Positions 1-9,899 of a DNA stretch of 46,688 nt are shown piece by piece. The stretch's first letter is position 1. The number at the start of each line of letters is the position of its first letter. The stretch is from Candidatus Woesearchaeota archaeon (GTDB taxonomy: Archaea > Nanobdellota > Nanobdellia > SCGC-AAA011-G17 > JAFCDX01): the NCBI GenBank assembly GCA_017609465.1, contig JAFCDX010000006.1, forward strand, positions 1-46,688, in the 5' to 3' direction. The translations under genes were made by a program, and so were the position numbers. The notes under the pieces are model-generated. The model was not told where the DNA came from. It searched no databases and was given only the letters and a program-made list of their open reading frames with translations.

Positions 1-119
1 TCAATAAAGTTTATATATTTAGAATCTTTAGTCATATTTAATCACCTCTTGGTATTTTCGTAATAACTTGAGGTGATTATATTTTATATAAAATATGGGG
101 TTTCAGCACAGCCTGACAA

Positions 120-135
120 CCGAAAGGTTTAAAAA
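120..135 (+). promoter_or_regulatory. Archaeal BRE-TATA promoter
   Basis: CCGAAAGGTTTAAAAA about 30 nt upstream of the ATG at 162; near-identical elements occur at 24871 and 28152. Confidence 0.6.
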
Positions 136-161
136 AGGGGGGTTTTTATAGATAATGAAAA

Positions 162-581
162 ATGGCATTAAATTGTGGCGAATGTGGAGCAAAGATTACA
201 GGAAAACCTAAACATTGTAGTAATTGTGGAACTGAAATAATTTATCCTAAAAATATGAAGAAAGGAGAGGGTAATAAACATTACATAGCAATAATTGCAG
301 TTTTAGTCGCATTAGTCTCTATACTTATTTTCTTTATGAGTGGTGGAGCAAAGATTACAGGAAATGTTGTTCATAATATGGGTTGTGAAGAAATAACAAA
401 ATATAGAACAGAATATAAAACAGAGACTTATTATTCCAACTCCAAAAATTGCGATAGTTCTGTAGAATGCACATGTATACATGAAAGTTATTGGGGTTTA
501 GGAGCATGTGATAGTTGTAGGTGTTCCAAAAGAGTTTCATATCAAGTACCTTATACAGAGGAAAAATGTATGTGGGATTAA
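162..581 (+). CDS. Zinc-ribbon + transmembrane + Cys-rich extracellular protein
   Basis: N-terminal CGECG...CSNCG zinc ribbon, hydrophobic helix IAIIAVLVALVSILIFF, Cys-rich C-terminus. Confidence 0.75.
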   Translation: MALNCGECGAKITGKPKHCSNCGTEIIYPKNMKKGEGNKHYIAIIAVLVALVSILIFFMSGGAKITGNVVHNMGCEEITKYRTEYKTETYYSNSKNCDSSVECTCIHESYWGLGACDSCRCSKRVSYQVPYTEEKCMWD

Positions 582-583
582 AA

Positions 584-1075
584 ATGAAGTCAAAATTAAT
601 TATTGGATTACTGATAGTTTCAGTATTTTTATTAGCAGGTTGTAATGTAAATACAGGGGAGGTTGTTAAAGAAGTTAGAGAACAACTAACACAAGAAGAT
701 ATTAATAAAGTTATAACTTGTAATCCACCTTATATAAGATATGGTGCAGAATGTTGTTTAGACCAAAATAAAAATAGTATTTGTGATAATGATGAAAATA
801 TTGTTCCAAAACCACAATGGTCTTGTTCAGATACTGATAGAGGAAGTATATATGAAAAAGGAACTATTAAGGGAACTTCAAATGATGGTCAAGAATTTGG
901 TTCTATGACAGATTATTGTTCTAATGAAGATTATTTAAAGGAATACGAATGTGATAGTAAAGTGACAGCAGGGTGGGTTTCTGGATTAGTGCTTTGTGAT
1001 TATGGTTGTTCAAATGGGGCTTGTAAAGAAACATATATCCCGCCGGTAACACCATTACCAATAGGAATGTATTAA
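584..1075 (+). CDS. Cys-rich putative lipoprotein
   Basis: Likely start MKSKLIIG at 584; lipobox LLAGC; CxxPYI..ECCLDQNxNxICD module and CSDTD.G..Y.KG module; paralog of 10438..11319. Confidence 0.75.
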   Translation: MKSKLIIGLLIVSVFLLAGCNVNTGEVVKEVREQLTQEDINKVITCNPPYIRYGAECCLDQNKNSICDNDENIVPKPQWSCSDTDRGSIYEKGTIKGTSNDGQEFGSMTDYCSNEDYLKEYECDSKVTAGWVSGLVLCDYGCSNGACKETYIPPVTPLPIGMY

Positions 1076-1079
1076 TGCT

Positions 1080-2243
1080 ATGTTAATTCAAATACTTATT
1101 ATTCTTTTATTTATATGGATTATATTAGATTTACCTTTAATTATATATATAATATTTTGTTTATTAAGAAAAAAATCTAAAAAAATAAAAGATGTTAATT
1201 TTTTTGTATCTATTTTAATACCTTGTTATAATGAAGAAAAATACATTAAAAAATGTTTATTTTCTGTATCTAAACAATCCTATAAGAATTATGAAGTTAT
1301 TATAATTGATGATAATTCTAAAGATAATAGTTTAAAATTAATTAAAGAATTTATTTCAAAAAATAAACTTAAAAATTTTAAAATCTCAAGTTTAAATGAA
1401 AATATTGGGAGAGCAAAAGCATTAAATATAGGATTAAAAAAAGCAAAAGGAGAGTTAATTGTATTATTAGACGCCGATACAATTTTAAATGAAAATTCTT
1501 TAAAAAATATAATAAGTTATTTTGATAAAGATGTAGGAAGTGTTAGTGGAAACATACAAACTATTCAAAAGGAAAATAATTTAATAAATAAATTTCAAGA
1601 AATAGAATACGCATTATCACAAGAAGTTTTTAGATATGCACAAGGAATAAGCGGAAATTGTATAATTATTCCGGGTGCATTCTGTGCATATAAAAAAGAA
1701 TATATTGATAAAATTGAAGATGAAACATTATCAGAAGATTTTGATACTTCTTCAAAAATATTATCAAAGGGACTGAAAACTGTATTTGCAGAAGATGCTA
1801 TTGCATATACAGCAATACCTCAAAATTTAATTGATGTTATATCCCAAAGATTAAGATGGCAGCAAGGGGGGTTTGAAGTAGTTTCAAAATATCTTCTTAA
1901 ATTCCCAAGAAATTCCACTAAATTTTGGTATTTTTGGTTTATTTTTTCAGTTTTGCAAGGGAGTTTATTAAGAATGTTTATCTTAACACTTCTTCCTTTA
2001 TACATAATATATTCTAAACCAACTTTAATAATCTTGTTAGCCCATATCATATACACTAATTTTTTATATGCCATATTAATAATAACACATAATCATAAAT
2101 ATAAAAAAGGTAAAATAAGAAATTATTTTGGATTATTGCCTGCTTTAACAATTTATTATTTTTCAATATTCGCATTCGCGACTTATTTAGGGGTGCTTTG
2201 TGCAATAAAAGGAAATAAAGAATGGTTGAAAATAAGAAGATAG
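1080..2243 (+). CDS. GT2 processive glycosyltransferase (cellulose synthase-like / PgaC-IcaA-like)
   Basis: SILIPCYNEE, IIDDNSKD, LDAD (DxD), SEDF, QRLRW motifs; N- and C-terminal TM helices. Confidence 0.9.
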   Translation: MLIQILIILLFIWIILDLPLIIYIIFCLLRKKSKKIKDVNFFVSILIPCYNEEKYIKKCLFSVSKQSYKNYEVIIIDDNSKDNSLKLIKEFISKNKLKNFKISSLNENIGRAKALNIGLKKAKGELIVLLDADTILNENSLKNIISYFDKDVGSVSGNIQTIQKENNLINKFQEIEYALSQEVFRYAQGISGNCIIIPGAFCAYKKEYIDKIEDETLSEDFDTSSKILSKGLKTVFAEDAIAYTAIPQNLIDVISQRLRWQQGGFEVVSKYLLKFPRNSTKFWYFWFIFSVLQGSLLRMFILTLLPLYIIYSKPTLIILLAHIIYTNFLYAILIITHNHKYKKGKIRNYFGLLPALTIYYFSIFAFATYLGVLCAIKGNKEWLKIRR

Positions 2244-2542
2244 AAAAAATAAAGATTGGAATAAAATATATGGTAATAATTATTTTTATTATGTTAAGTA
2301 TAACTATGTTAAATTTATACTTTTTTAAAATAAATTTATCACCAAGTTTATGGACATTGATTTTAATTTATATCTTTTATATAATTCAACCATCAAAGTT
2401 AAGATATAAAATTTTAATGTTTATTCCTTTACTTCCAATAGAATTGTTAACGAGAACAAATATTTTACTTATGATAATTGGTTTTTTAGTATATTCTATG
2501 TATTGCACATTTATTTTATTAATTTATGTTAAAAAGAAATAA
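2222..2542 (+). CDS. Small multi-TM membrane protein
   Basis: 106 aa, almost wholly hydrophobic, overlaps the GT2 stop. Confidence 0.6.
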   Translation: MVENKKIEKIKIGIKYMVIIIFIMLSITMLNLYFFKINLSPSLWTLILIYIFYIIQPSKLRYKILMFIPLLPIELLTRTNILLMIIGFLVYSMYCTFILLIYVKKK

Positions 2543-2545
2543 ATC

Positions 2546-2884
2546 TTAAGCGTCTTCTTCTGTATACCAAAAAGACAAAGTCCCAGAACTAGAATTACTC
2601 CACATGGAATTAATTAACTCTCCTTCTTCCAAGATAATATTCCCGCCTATATTTGCATTTGCTATTTTTCCCATTACTCCAAATTCAACAGCAAAGAAAG
2701 TATCATAATTAGCACCTCTTTTAATTCTCAATGTTCCTGTTATATCTGTGTTTGATTGAAGCATGATATGCCATATTCTCCATCTCTTGCCTGCTGGCAC
2801 TGTTGTTCCTGTTAAATCCTTATTGCCCCCGCCTGCACCAAATACATTTGTTTCTATGTAATTGGAAGTTACAAATAGAAAGAT
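2546..2884 (-). pseudogene. 5'-truncated small beta-rich protein (possibly virus-like)
   Basis: Frame open from ~2884 without ATG (...KDLTGTTVPAGKRWRIWHIML...); the only start is an internal GTG at 2800. Confidence 0.35.
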
Positions 2885-2924
2885 TTATAAAGGAATATAT
2901 GGATATTACTTAATAGTGGTTAAA

Positions 2925-4403
2925 ATGGCAGATCATAATATAAAAAAGCCTTTAGAAATACATAGAAAGAGAATAATAGGTGAAATATTCACAAAGCTTG
3001 ATCCACTTAAGTATGAAAAGAAATTAGATATTAAAGAATTTTATGATAATGCTTTAGAATATTTTACTAAGCAAGCTGAAGGAGAATACACAATATTAAA
3101 TATAAATTTAAATCCTGAACAAAATTCTCTGATATATCCTGATTCTGTTATAGATATGAGGTTACCGTTAGTTTATACATATCCAAAAGAGCCATTACCT
3201 GAAGACCTTGAAAAATTAATATCTGAAGGTATGAATAATGGAGATGCATTTACATATGTTCCTGGAAGCTTGGAAAGTTTAAGAGAAGAAAGTATGAGTA
3301 TAGACCAAGAGAACACATTAGCTATAGGAAAAAGTCAAAACAATTATGAAGAAATAAATGGTAAAAAAACAAAATTAATAAAAGAATTGATGGTTGCTGG
3401 AGAAAACTTGGCTACATTAAGAGCATATGGTATTGGAAATGAAGATGAGGAATTTTTAAAATTATTTATTGATTGTTTTAGTGATGTTTTGGATACATTT
3501 GTTGGTATTAATTACCATTTAATGCGTGGAAGAGAATCAAGACTTGCAAATGGTATAAGAAAGGAAAAAGAAGAACAAGAAAAAGAGAAAAAATCAGAGA
3601 TAGAATTAAGGGAACAATCACAAGAAAGACAAAGAACAAAATCAATTGACCAACCAGGTGTTGGATATACAGTACCAAGCAGATTGAATGATACAATAGG
3701 ACAGATGCAATTTGAATTTGATCAAAGCATAGGAATATATGGTTATGTTAACGAATCATTCAGAAAATTATTTGGAGAACCTATAGAATCATTTTATAAT
3801 GAAAAGGAAAGAGAGATTTCCTTATTTAATGGATTTTTAGTTGACCAATTTTGCAAAGATAAAAAATATTCTAATGAAATTAGAGAAAATGCAGTTCTTG
3901 CTGCAATGTCTTTATTGACTCCAACAAACGATAGATTATTCAAAGGGGCAGATAAACAATCTTTGTTTGATAATATAGAAAGATCAACAAACCTTTTAGA
4001 GTTATATGTGGAGAGCAAGGACATTAATTTCACGATATTAAGAAAATTGTTAAAATCTATGGATAACATAATTGGAAATTCACAAAATCCGCTACCTGAC
4101 TTTTTGGAATTATCTAGAAGGTATTCAACATTAGTTCTTCCAAGTAATTATGGTTTTGGAGGACAGGATGAATTCAAAAGAGAATATCCAGTAAAACATT
4201 CTCTTTACAGACTTCCTACTTTGCTTGTAAATGAAAGAAAAAGGTCTGATAAGAACTTTGCAAAAGATAATAAGGAAAAAAGAAAATATGGGTGGAGTGT
4301 AGTAGATTTTATACAAAATAATTTAGTCCCTATTGTATGTGAAGAAGGTTATAATTATAAAGAAGAATTTAAAGACTTTATACAATCAAGTAATTCAAAG
4401 TAA
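2925..4403 (+). CDS. Hypothetical protein (acidic, helical)
   Basis: Long ORF; ATG at 2925 preceded by TATA-like GATTTATAAA; no motif recognised. Confidence 0.75.
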   Translation: MADHNIKKPLEIHRKRIIGEIFTKLDPLKYEKKLDIKEFYDNALEYFTKQAEGEYTILNINLNPEQNSLIYPDSVIDMRLPLVYTYPKEPLPEDLEKLISEGMNNGDAFTYVPGSLESLREESMSIDQENTLAIGKSQNNYEEINGKKTKLIKELMVAGENLATLRAYGIGNEDEEFLKLFIDCFSDVLDTFVGINYHLMRGRESRLANGIRKEKEEQEKEKKSEIELREQSQERQRTKSIDQPGVGYTVPSRLNDTIGQMQFEFDQSIGIYGYVNESFRKLFGEPIESFYNEKEREISLFNGFLVDQFCKDKKYSNEIRENAVLAAMSLLTPTNDRLFKGADKQSLFDNIERSTNLLELYVESKDINFTILRKLLKSMDNIIGNSQNPLPDFLELSRRYSTLVLPSNYGFGGQDEFKREYPVKHSLYRLPTLLVNERKRSDKNFAKDNKEKRKYGWSVVDFIQNNLVPIVCEEGYNYKEEFKDFIQSSNSK

Positions 4404-4745
4404 TTTCTTAGCCATTTTATAGATATCCTTATGAGCTCTTCTTGAAAATTCACCTGAAAAAGTTTTAGGAATATGCAATAACTCATGCAAAATAGTCTGA
4501 TTTTGTTCTCTTTCTGATTCTCTCTCAAAATTATGGTCATTAAATGTTATAACATAAAAAGGATTTATATGAGGGTATGGCAATTGAAGTGTCTTGAAGA
4601 AGCCGGATATTTTTGCAACTGTTTTTGTATTGCATGTATATCTGTAGAAATGAATTCTGTCAAAATCAATATGATTTAAATTCAATTTTCTTGCTATAAC
4701 AATTGCACGCTCTTTCAATTCAGGAGCCTCTTTGTAAGTCACCAT
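4395..4745 (-). CDS. Small putative zinc metallopeptidase
   Basis: TILHELLHIP (HExxH) in a 116-aa protein. Confidence 0.75.
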   Translation of the reverse strand: MVTYKEAPELKERAIVIARKLNLNHIDFDRIHFYRYTCNTKTVAKISGFFKTLQLPYPHINPFYVITFNDHNFERESEREQNQTILHELLHIPKTFSGEFSRRAHKDIYKMAKKLL

Positions 4746-4808
4746 CTATTAATCACCAGTATTACTATGAACAACAAAGTTTAAATATTTAATCAGTATT
4801 TAAAAGAT

Positions 4809-5360
4809 ATGAAAAAATTAATGATATTGTTGATTGCAATTCCTTTCTTGATTGCAGCATGCGGAGATACAACAGGAAATGTAATAAAAGAATCTTGTGA
4901 TGAACCATACATATTCGTTGGGGGAGAATGCTGTTTAGACCAGAATGATAATGATATATGCGACAAGGATGAAGTAGTTAAAGTATTACCTTCAATAAAA
5001 GAAGAATGTGTTATTAATGACAATGCATTATCTTGCATATCTGCAGAAGCTAATTCTGATGGAACTGTGAAAATAACATTAAGGCACAATAAATTTGGAA
5101 TTGCATCACCGACAAAAATATCATTGCCTAATGTAAATTCATGCTCAGAATCTTTTTCAGGGGAAGTTGAAGATGGATTTGATTACAAAGATAGCAAAGA
5201 ATTTGTATTAAATTGTGACATTGACAAAGGATATATTGATTCTCCTATTTATGTAAATTACAAGACATACGAGCCTACAAATTCAAATGGTCCTCAATTT
5301 GCACCATACACAATATGGAACACAGAATTAGAAGGTAGATTAGTAACTGTTGTTTCTTAA
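4809..5360 (+). CDS. Cys-rich putative lipoprotein
   Basis: Lipobox LIAAC then GDTTGNVI; CDEPYIFVGGECCLDQNDNDICD module. Confidence 0.75.
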   Translation: MKKLMILLIAIPFLIAACGDTTGNVIKESCDEPYIFVGGECCLDQNDNDICDKDEVVKVLPSIKEECVINDNALSCISAEANSDGTVKITLRHNKFGIASPTKISLPNVNSCSESFSGEVEDGFDYKDSKEFVLNCDIDKGYIDSPIYVNYKTYEPTNSNGPQFAPYTIWNTELEGRLVTVVS

Positions 5361-5953
5361 AATATTGCAGAAGAGAAGAATACAAGAATTATTCCCATTG
5401 CCAATGCTGTAAAGTAAACTGGCTTGTTCCACCTTAACACTTTAGCCCCATCAAAATTACCAAAGGGTATTAAGTTAAATAATCCTAACCATGCATTTAT
5501 CAGGAATCCGTAAGAAGCTATAAAATTTATAACTCCAAAACTTACTGTGTAGAATATTATTAAAAACACTAGAGCTATTATCATATTTGTTAAAGGACCT
5601 GCCAAAGATAATTTTCCGTTTCTTTCCCTTGAAACATATCCTGATATCATTACTGCTCCTGGTGCAGCTATTATGAATCCAAAGAAGCTCATTACCAATG
5701 CTAAAAACAGCATATTGTCAAAACTTCTGAATTCTGCATGACATCCGTATTTTTGCGCCAGTATTTTATGAGCCAGTTCATGAAAAACAAATCCTGTTCC
5801 AACAGATATTGCAGATACTAATAACATGAAAAAGAAACTTACATTAAACAAACCACCAAGACCTCCTGAGAGAACTATACCAAAAGCTATTGAAATCAAT
5901 GCCCATGCCTTAAACAAATCCTTAATTTCCCTGTCAGAAGTTCTCATTTTCAT
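5357..5953 (-). CDS. Site-2 protease (M50 family membrane metalloprotease)
   Basis: FHELAH, AGPLTN and FNLIPFGNFDG motifs, multiple TMs. Confidence 0.9.
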   Translation of the reverse strand: MKMRTSDREIKDLFKAWALISIAFGIVLSGGLGGLFNVSFFFMLLVSAISVGTGFVFHELAHKILAQKYGCHAEFRSFDNMLFLALVMSFFGFIIAAPGAVMISGYVSRERNGKLSLAGPLTNMIIALVFLIIFYTVSFGVINFIASYGFLINAWLGLFNLIPFGNFDGAKVLRWNKPVYFTALAMGIILVFFSSAIF

Positions 5954-5985
5954 GTTAAAAATAAAAATTTCATTTATTTAAATGT

Positions 5986-6684
5986 TTACTTTAAATTTTT
6001 CAGTTTTCCGAATTTGAATATCTTATCTTCTACTATGAATACTTCAAAATTTGATAAATCATTTTGTAAAAAAGGGCTTAAAGTTTTTTCATTTGTTATG
6101 TCTATTCCTTGTGTTACTAAATTTAGAGAAGGCATTACAATTAAAATTTTATTTTTCCATTTTCCTTTTAAGAAGCACTTGAATCTTTCATAAGGCCTTT
6201 CCTTGAATGAAATTGCCGGATGTTCGTGTCCTATTATTATTGTTTCTATGTCTTTTAGAATTTCCTTTTTTGGTATTTCATGTCCATGTATTATTAAGAT
6301 GTTGTTTATTTTATAATAATCTATCAATTTTAAATTCTTGAATTTCTTGCTTATGATTTTGTCATGATTTCCTTTTATGACTATTAATTCATAATTTAAA
6401 AATAGATTTAATATTTCAGATATATCTTTTGTTTCCTGAAAAGATGCTGAGCCAAATTCGTGCTTCAAGTCACCATTTATTATTACTTTCTTTATTTCAA
6501 ATTTTTTTAGAATATTTTCTATCTTTTTTATTAAATCTCTTAGCTGAAACTTGGGTATTAGAATTCCTTGTTTGTTTAAAACTTCCTCATAACCCATATG
6601 CAGGTCTGAAAGTATTAATGTTTTTTCCCTTTTTAAATATAAGAACAAATCTTCAGCAATTATGTTATCGTGAATTTTCATCAT
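5986..6684 (-). CDS. Metallophosphoesterase (SbcD/Mre11-related, calcineurin-like)
   Basis: SDLHMG, NGDLKH, KGNHD, HGH, GHEHP motifs. Confidence 0.9.
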   Translation of the reverse strand: MMKIHDNIIAEDLFLYLKREKTLILSDLHMGYEEVLNKQGILIPKFQLRDLIKKIENILKKFEIKKVIINGDLKHEFGSASFQETKDISEILNLFLNYELIVIKGNHDKIISKKFKNLKLIDYYKINNILIIHGHEIPKKEILKDIETIIIGHEHPAISFKERPYERFKCFLKGKWKNKILIVMPSLNLVTQGIDITNEKTLSPFLQNDLSNFEVFIVEDKIFKFGKLKNLK

Positions 6685-6839
6685 CAAAGGTTGTCATCTT
6701 CTATGACTTCCCTCAAAAGAGTTTCTGCATTGTAATCATCCTTTACGTCATTGCTTCCACAAGCAGGGCATTTCTTGGGAATGCTTTCTCCTCTTGTCAC
6801 AAACCTGTATGAGCAGGATTTGCAAAAGTATTTTGTCAT
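6684..6839 (-). CDS. Small zinc-ribbon protein (51 aa, not in ORF track)
   Basis: Manual translation MTKYFCKSCSYRF...KKCPACGSN...DDNL*; TGA overlaps the ATG of the phosphoesterase. Confidence 0.75.
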   Translation of the reverse strand: MTKYFCKSCSYRFVTRGESIPKKCPACGSNDVKDDYNAETLLREVIEDDNL

Positions 6840-6873
6840 GATATGGAGAATTAAAATTAATATTTAAAGTTTA

Positions 6874-7797
6874 TTATATTAAATCAATATTTAATCTTTC
6901 TTTATTTTCTATGTTAAATATTTCATTGCCAATGCCCTTTCCCATATAATAAAAAGATTCATGAATAATCCCTCCAAAAAGATTAAACACGTTTCTCTTT
7001 TGCCTGTAATAAATTAAATCAGCATCAGTTATGTTTGCCAAATTCTTTGTAAGATTTACAGCAAATTCCTCATCACCAACATAATCTATCAGGCCATTGT
7101 CCTTTGCCTCAACACCAAGGTAAATATAACCGTTTGCAAGATTCCTAACAGTTGATTCAGGCAAATCCCTGTTAATTGAAACCTGCTCCAAGAAATAATC
7201 ATATATCTTATTAATTGTTTTTTCCAACAATGCTCTTTCCTGTGAGGTTAAATTCTTGTAAGGGCTTCCAGTATCTTTGTATTTTCCTGCAGTTATGCTC
7301 TGATATTTAACACCATATTTTTCAAGCAATCCTGAAAACTCAAGATAAGACCCTCTTACACCAATGCTTCCTGTAATTGACATTGGATATGCAACTATTT
7401 CATCTGCTGCAGAAGCAACCCAATAACCGCCACTTGCACCTATGTCTCTTATTAAAGCAACAGTTGGTTTTTTTGCATTTTTTATCTTGTCTGCTATTAT
7501 CTCAGAAGCTATGACTGTCCCTCCTGGAGAATTAATATCAATGATTATTGCCTTAACAGAAGAATCACTTTCAGCTTTATCAATATAACTTCCTATAATA
7601 TCAGGGTCAACCTCTTCTGAACCAATGCCTGAAGAAATTCCTATAACTCCCTCTATTGGAATTACAGCTATTCTGTTTTCCATTTTAACATTTATCTCTG
7701 TAGCTATCAATGAGGCCAAATAGGCAAAAACTACAATTCCAATTATAACCAAGATTATTATCTTGAATTTACTTTTTCTATGTATGTTTTTGACCAT
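6874..7797 (-). CDS. sppA: Signal peptide peptidase SppA (S49)
   Basis: INSPGG, ASGGYW, TGSIGV, AGKYKD motifs; N-terminal TM. Confidence 0.92.
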   Translation of the reverse strand: MVKNIHRKSKFKIIILVIIGIVVFAYLASLIATEINVKMENRIAVIPIEGVIGISSGIGSEEVDPDIIGSYIDKAESDSSVKAIIIDINSPGGTVIASEIIADKIKNAKKPTVALIRDIGASGGYWVASAADEIVAYPMSITGSIGVRGSYLEFSGLLEKYGVKYQSITAGKYKDTGSPYKNLTSQERALLEKTINKIYDYFLEQVSINRDLPESTVRNLANGYIYLGVEAKDNGLIDYVGDEEFAVNLTKNLANITDADLIYYRQKRNVFNLFGGIIHESFYYMGKGIGNEIFNIENKERLNIDLI

Positions 7798-8246
7798 TTT
7801 TCAGTCCATCTTTTATTTCCTGAGTATAAAACATAAAACAAGTCAATTAAAAACAACAATGATAAGTTAGTTAATGCAAGTGATTTTGTTATGTTTCTTA
7901 TTAATATTTGTCTTAATCTTAATTTCTTCTCATCTGACTTAACCATTATCTTTACAATCATTTTTCCCAAAGTCTGTCCTAACTTGTATTCTAATGCAAC
8001 AAAGTAAATGTATGTTGCAAAAACAGATATTATTGAAATTATGAACAATAACTGATTTAATTCTGCTGATGAGATTCCAGATATGTAATTGTAAGTTTCA
8101 AGAATCCCCTTATCACCCATGTCTCCTACCAATTCATTTATTTTATTTCTAAAAGGCAATGAAACCAATAAATTAACTATGAATATATCAATTACAAATG
8201 CAAATCCTCTTCTCCATAAAGAAACTCTTTTATCTCCTCTTTTCAT
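7758..8246 (-). CDS. RDD family membrane protein
   Basis: LWRRGFAFVID and GQTLGKM motifs. Confidence 0.85.
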   Translation of the reverse strand: MKRGDKRVSLWRRGFAFVIDIFIVNLLVSLPFRNKINELVGDMGDKGILETYNYISGISSAELNQLLFIISIISVFATYIYFVALEYKLGQTLGKMIVKIMVKSDEKKLRLRQILIRNITKSLALTNLSLLFLIDLFYVLYSGNKRWTEKWSKTYIEKVNSR

Positions 8247-8300
8247 TGTTATAGATAAATATATAATATATTTAAATGTTTTTATGAAATATATAATAAA

Positions 8301-9899
8301 ATGACAGAAGAAATTGATAACATACTAAAGAAAATGAGAATGAATCTTGCTAAAAAGCATTCTCTAAAGAAAATTCCATCCAATATTGAAATGTTAAAAT
8401 ATTTGTCTGAAAAACCTAAAAACATTATTACAAAGCCCACAAGAACAATTTCAGGTGTTGCTCCTGTTGCTGTTATGACAAAGCCGATTAAATGTCCTCA
8501 TGGAAAATGTATAATGTGCCCGGGAGGTCCAGATTCTCATTTTGGTAATATACCTCAAAGTTATACAGGAAAAGAGCCTGCAACAATGAGGGGAATAAGA
8601 AACGAATTTGATCCTTATCTTCAAGTGTTTAACAGATTAGAGCATTACATTTTGTTAAATCAAAACCCCGAGAAAGTTGAAATAATAATAATGGGAGGAA
8701 CCTTTCCTAGTTTTGATAAAAGATATCAAGGTAATTTTGTGAAATATGTATTTAAGGCCTTAAATGATTTTTCTGAATTGTTTTATAATAAAGATAATTT
8801 TGATTTTGTTAAATTCAGGGATTTCTTTGAATTGCACAAAGACAAGAATGATGTTGAAAGATTTGAAAGAGTTAAAAGAAAACTGAAAAAATTAAAGGGA
8901 AAATGCGAACTGGAAAAAGAAAAGTTGAGAAACGAGAAAGCAAAGATAAGGTGTGTTGCTTTATGCATTGAGACACGTCCCGATTATTGCAAGAAAGAAC
9001 ATATAAAACAAATGCTTAAACTTGGATGTACAAGAGTTGAATTGGGTATTCAGTCCATTTATGATGATATCTTAAAGAAAATAAAAAGAGGGCATAATGT
9101 TGATGATACTGTCAAGGCAACAAGATTATTAAAAAATTCTTTTTTGAAAGTTGGATATCATGTTATGGTGGGCTTGCCTGGTTCTGACAAGAAAAGAGAC
9201 ATTGAAATGTTCAAGGAATTGTTTTCAAATGAAGATTTTAAGCCTGATGCCTTGAAAATATATCCTTGTCTTGTGTTAAAGGGAACTGAATTGTATAATT
9301 TATATAATAAGAAAAAGTATAAGCCTCTTGATTTGAAAAAAGCTTCTGATATTATATCTGACATAAAAAAATATATTCCGGAATATTGCAGAGTAATGAG
9401 AATTCAGAGGGATGTTCCAACTTATGCTACTGAAGCGGGTCCTGAAAAAACTAATTTGAGGCAGTATGTTGAAGAGCTTTGCATTGAAAAAAATATTAAA
9501 TGTAAATGCATAAGGTGTCGTGAACCCAGAAATAAAAAAATTGATTGGAATAATGTTAAATTGTTGAGAAAAGATTATGATGCTTCTGAAGGTCATGAAG
9601 TGTTTTTGTCTTATGAGGATGTCAAGAACAACATATTGATTGGTTTTTTGAGATTGAGAATCTTTGATAAAAAAGTTGGTGTTAGGGAATTGCATGTTTA
9701 TGGGAAGTCAGTTGAAATTGGAAAGAAAGGAGATGTTCAGCATAAAGGTCTGGGAAAGAAATTGGTTCTTGAGGCAGAGAAGATTGCAAAGAAAAAGAAT
9801 TGTGATAAAATGTATATTATTTCTGGTGTTGGTGTTAAGGAGTATTATAAAAAATTAGGTTATAGAAAAGATGGTGTTTATGTTGGGAAGAGATTGTAA
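8301..9899 (+). CDS. elp3: Elp3 tRNA U34 acetyltransferase (radical SAM + KAT)
   Basis: RTISGVAPVAVM, CPHGKCIMCPGG, ETRPD, RELHVYG, QHKGLG. Confidence 0.95.
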   Translation: MTEEIDNILKKMRMNLAKKHSLKKIPSNIEMLKYLSEKPKNIITKPTRTISGVAPVAVMTKPIKCPHGKCIMCPGGPDSHFGNIPQSYTGKEPATMRGIRNEFDPYLQVFNRLEHYILLNQNPEKVEIIIMGGTFPSFDKRYQGNFVKYVFKALNDFSELFYNKDNFDFVKFRDFFELHKDKNDVERFERVKRKLKKLKGKCELEKEKLRNEKAKIRCVALCIETRPDYCKKEHIKQMLKLGCTRVELGIQSIYDDILKKIKRGHNVDDTVKATRLLKNSFLKVGYHVMVGLPGSDKKRDIEMFKELFSNEDFKPDALKIYPCLVLKGTELYNLYNKKKYKPLDLKKASDIISDIKKYIPEYCRVMRIQRDVPTYATEAGPEKTNLRQYVEELCIEKNIKCKCIRCREPRNKKIDWNNVKLLRKDYDASEGHEVFLSYEDVKNNILIGFLRLRIFDKKVGVRELHVYGKSVEIGKKGDVQHKGLGKKLVLEAEKIAKKKNCDKMYIISGVGVKEYYKKLGYRKDGVYVGKRL

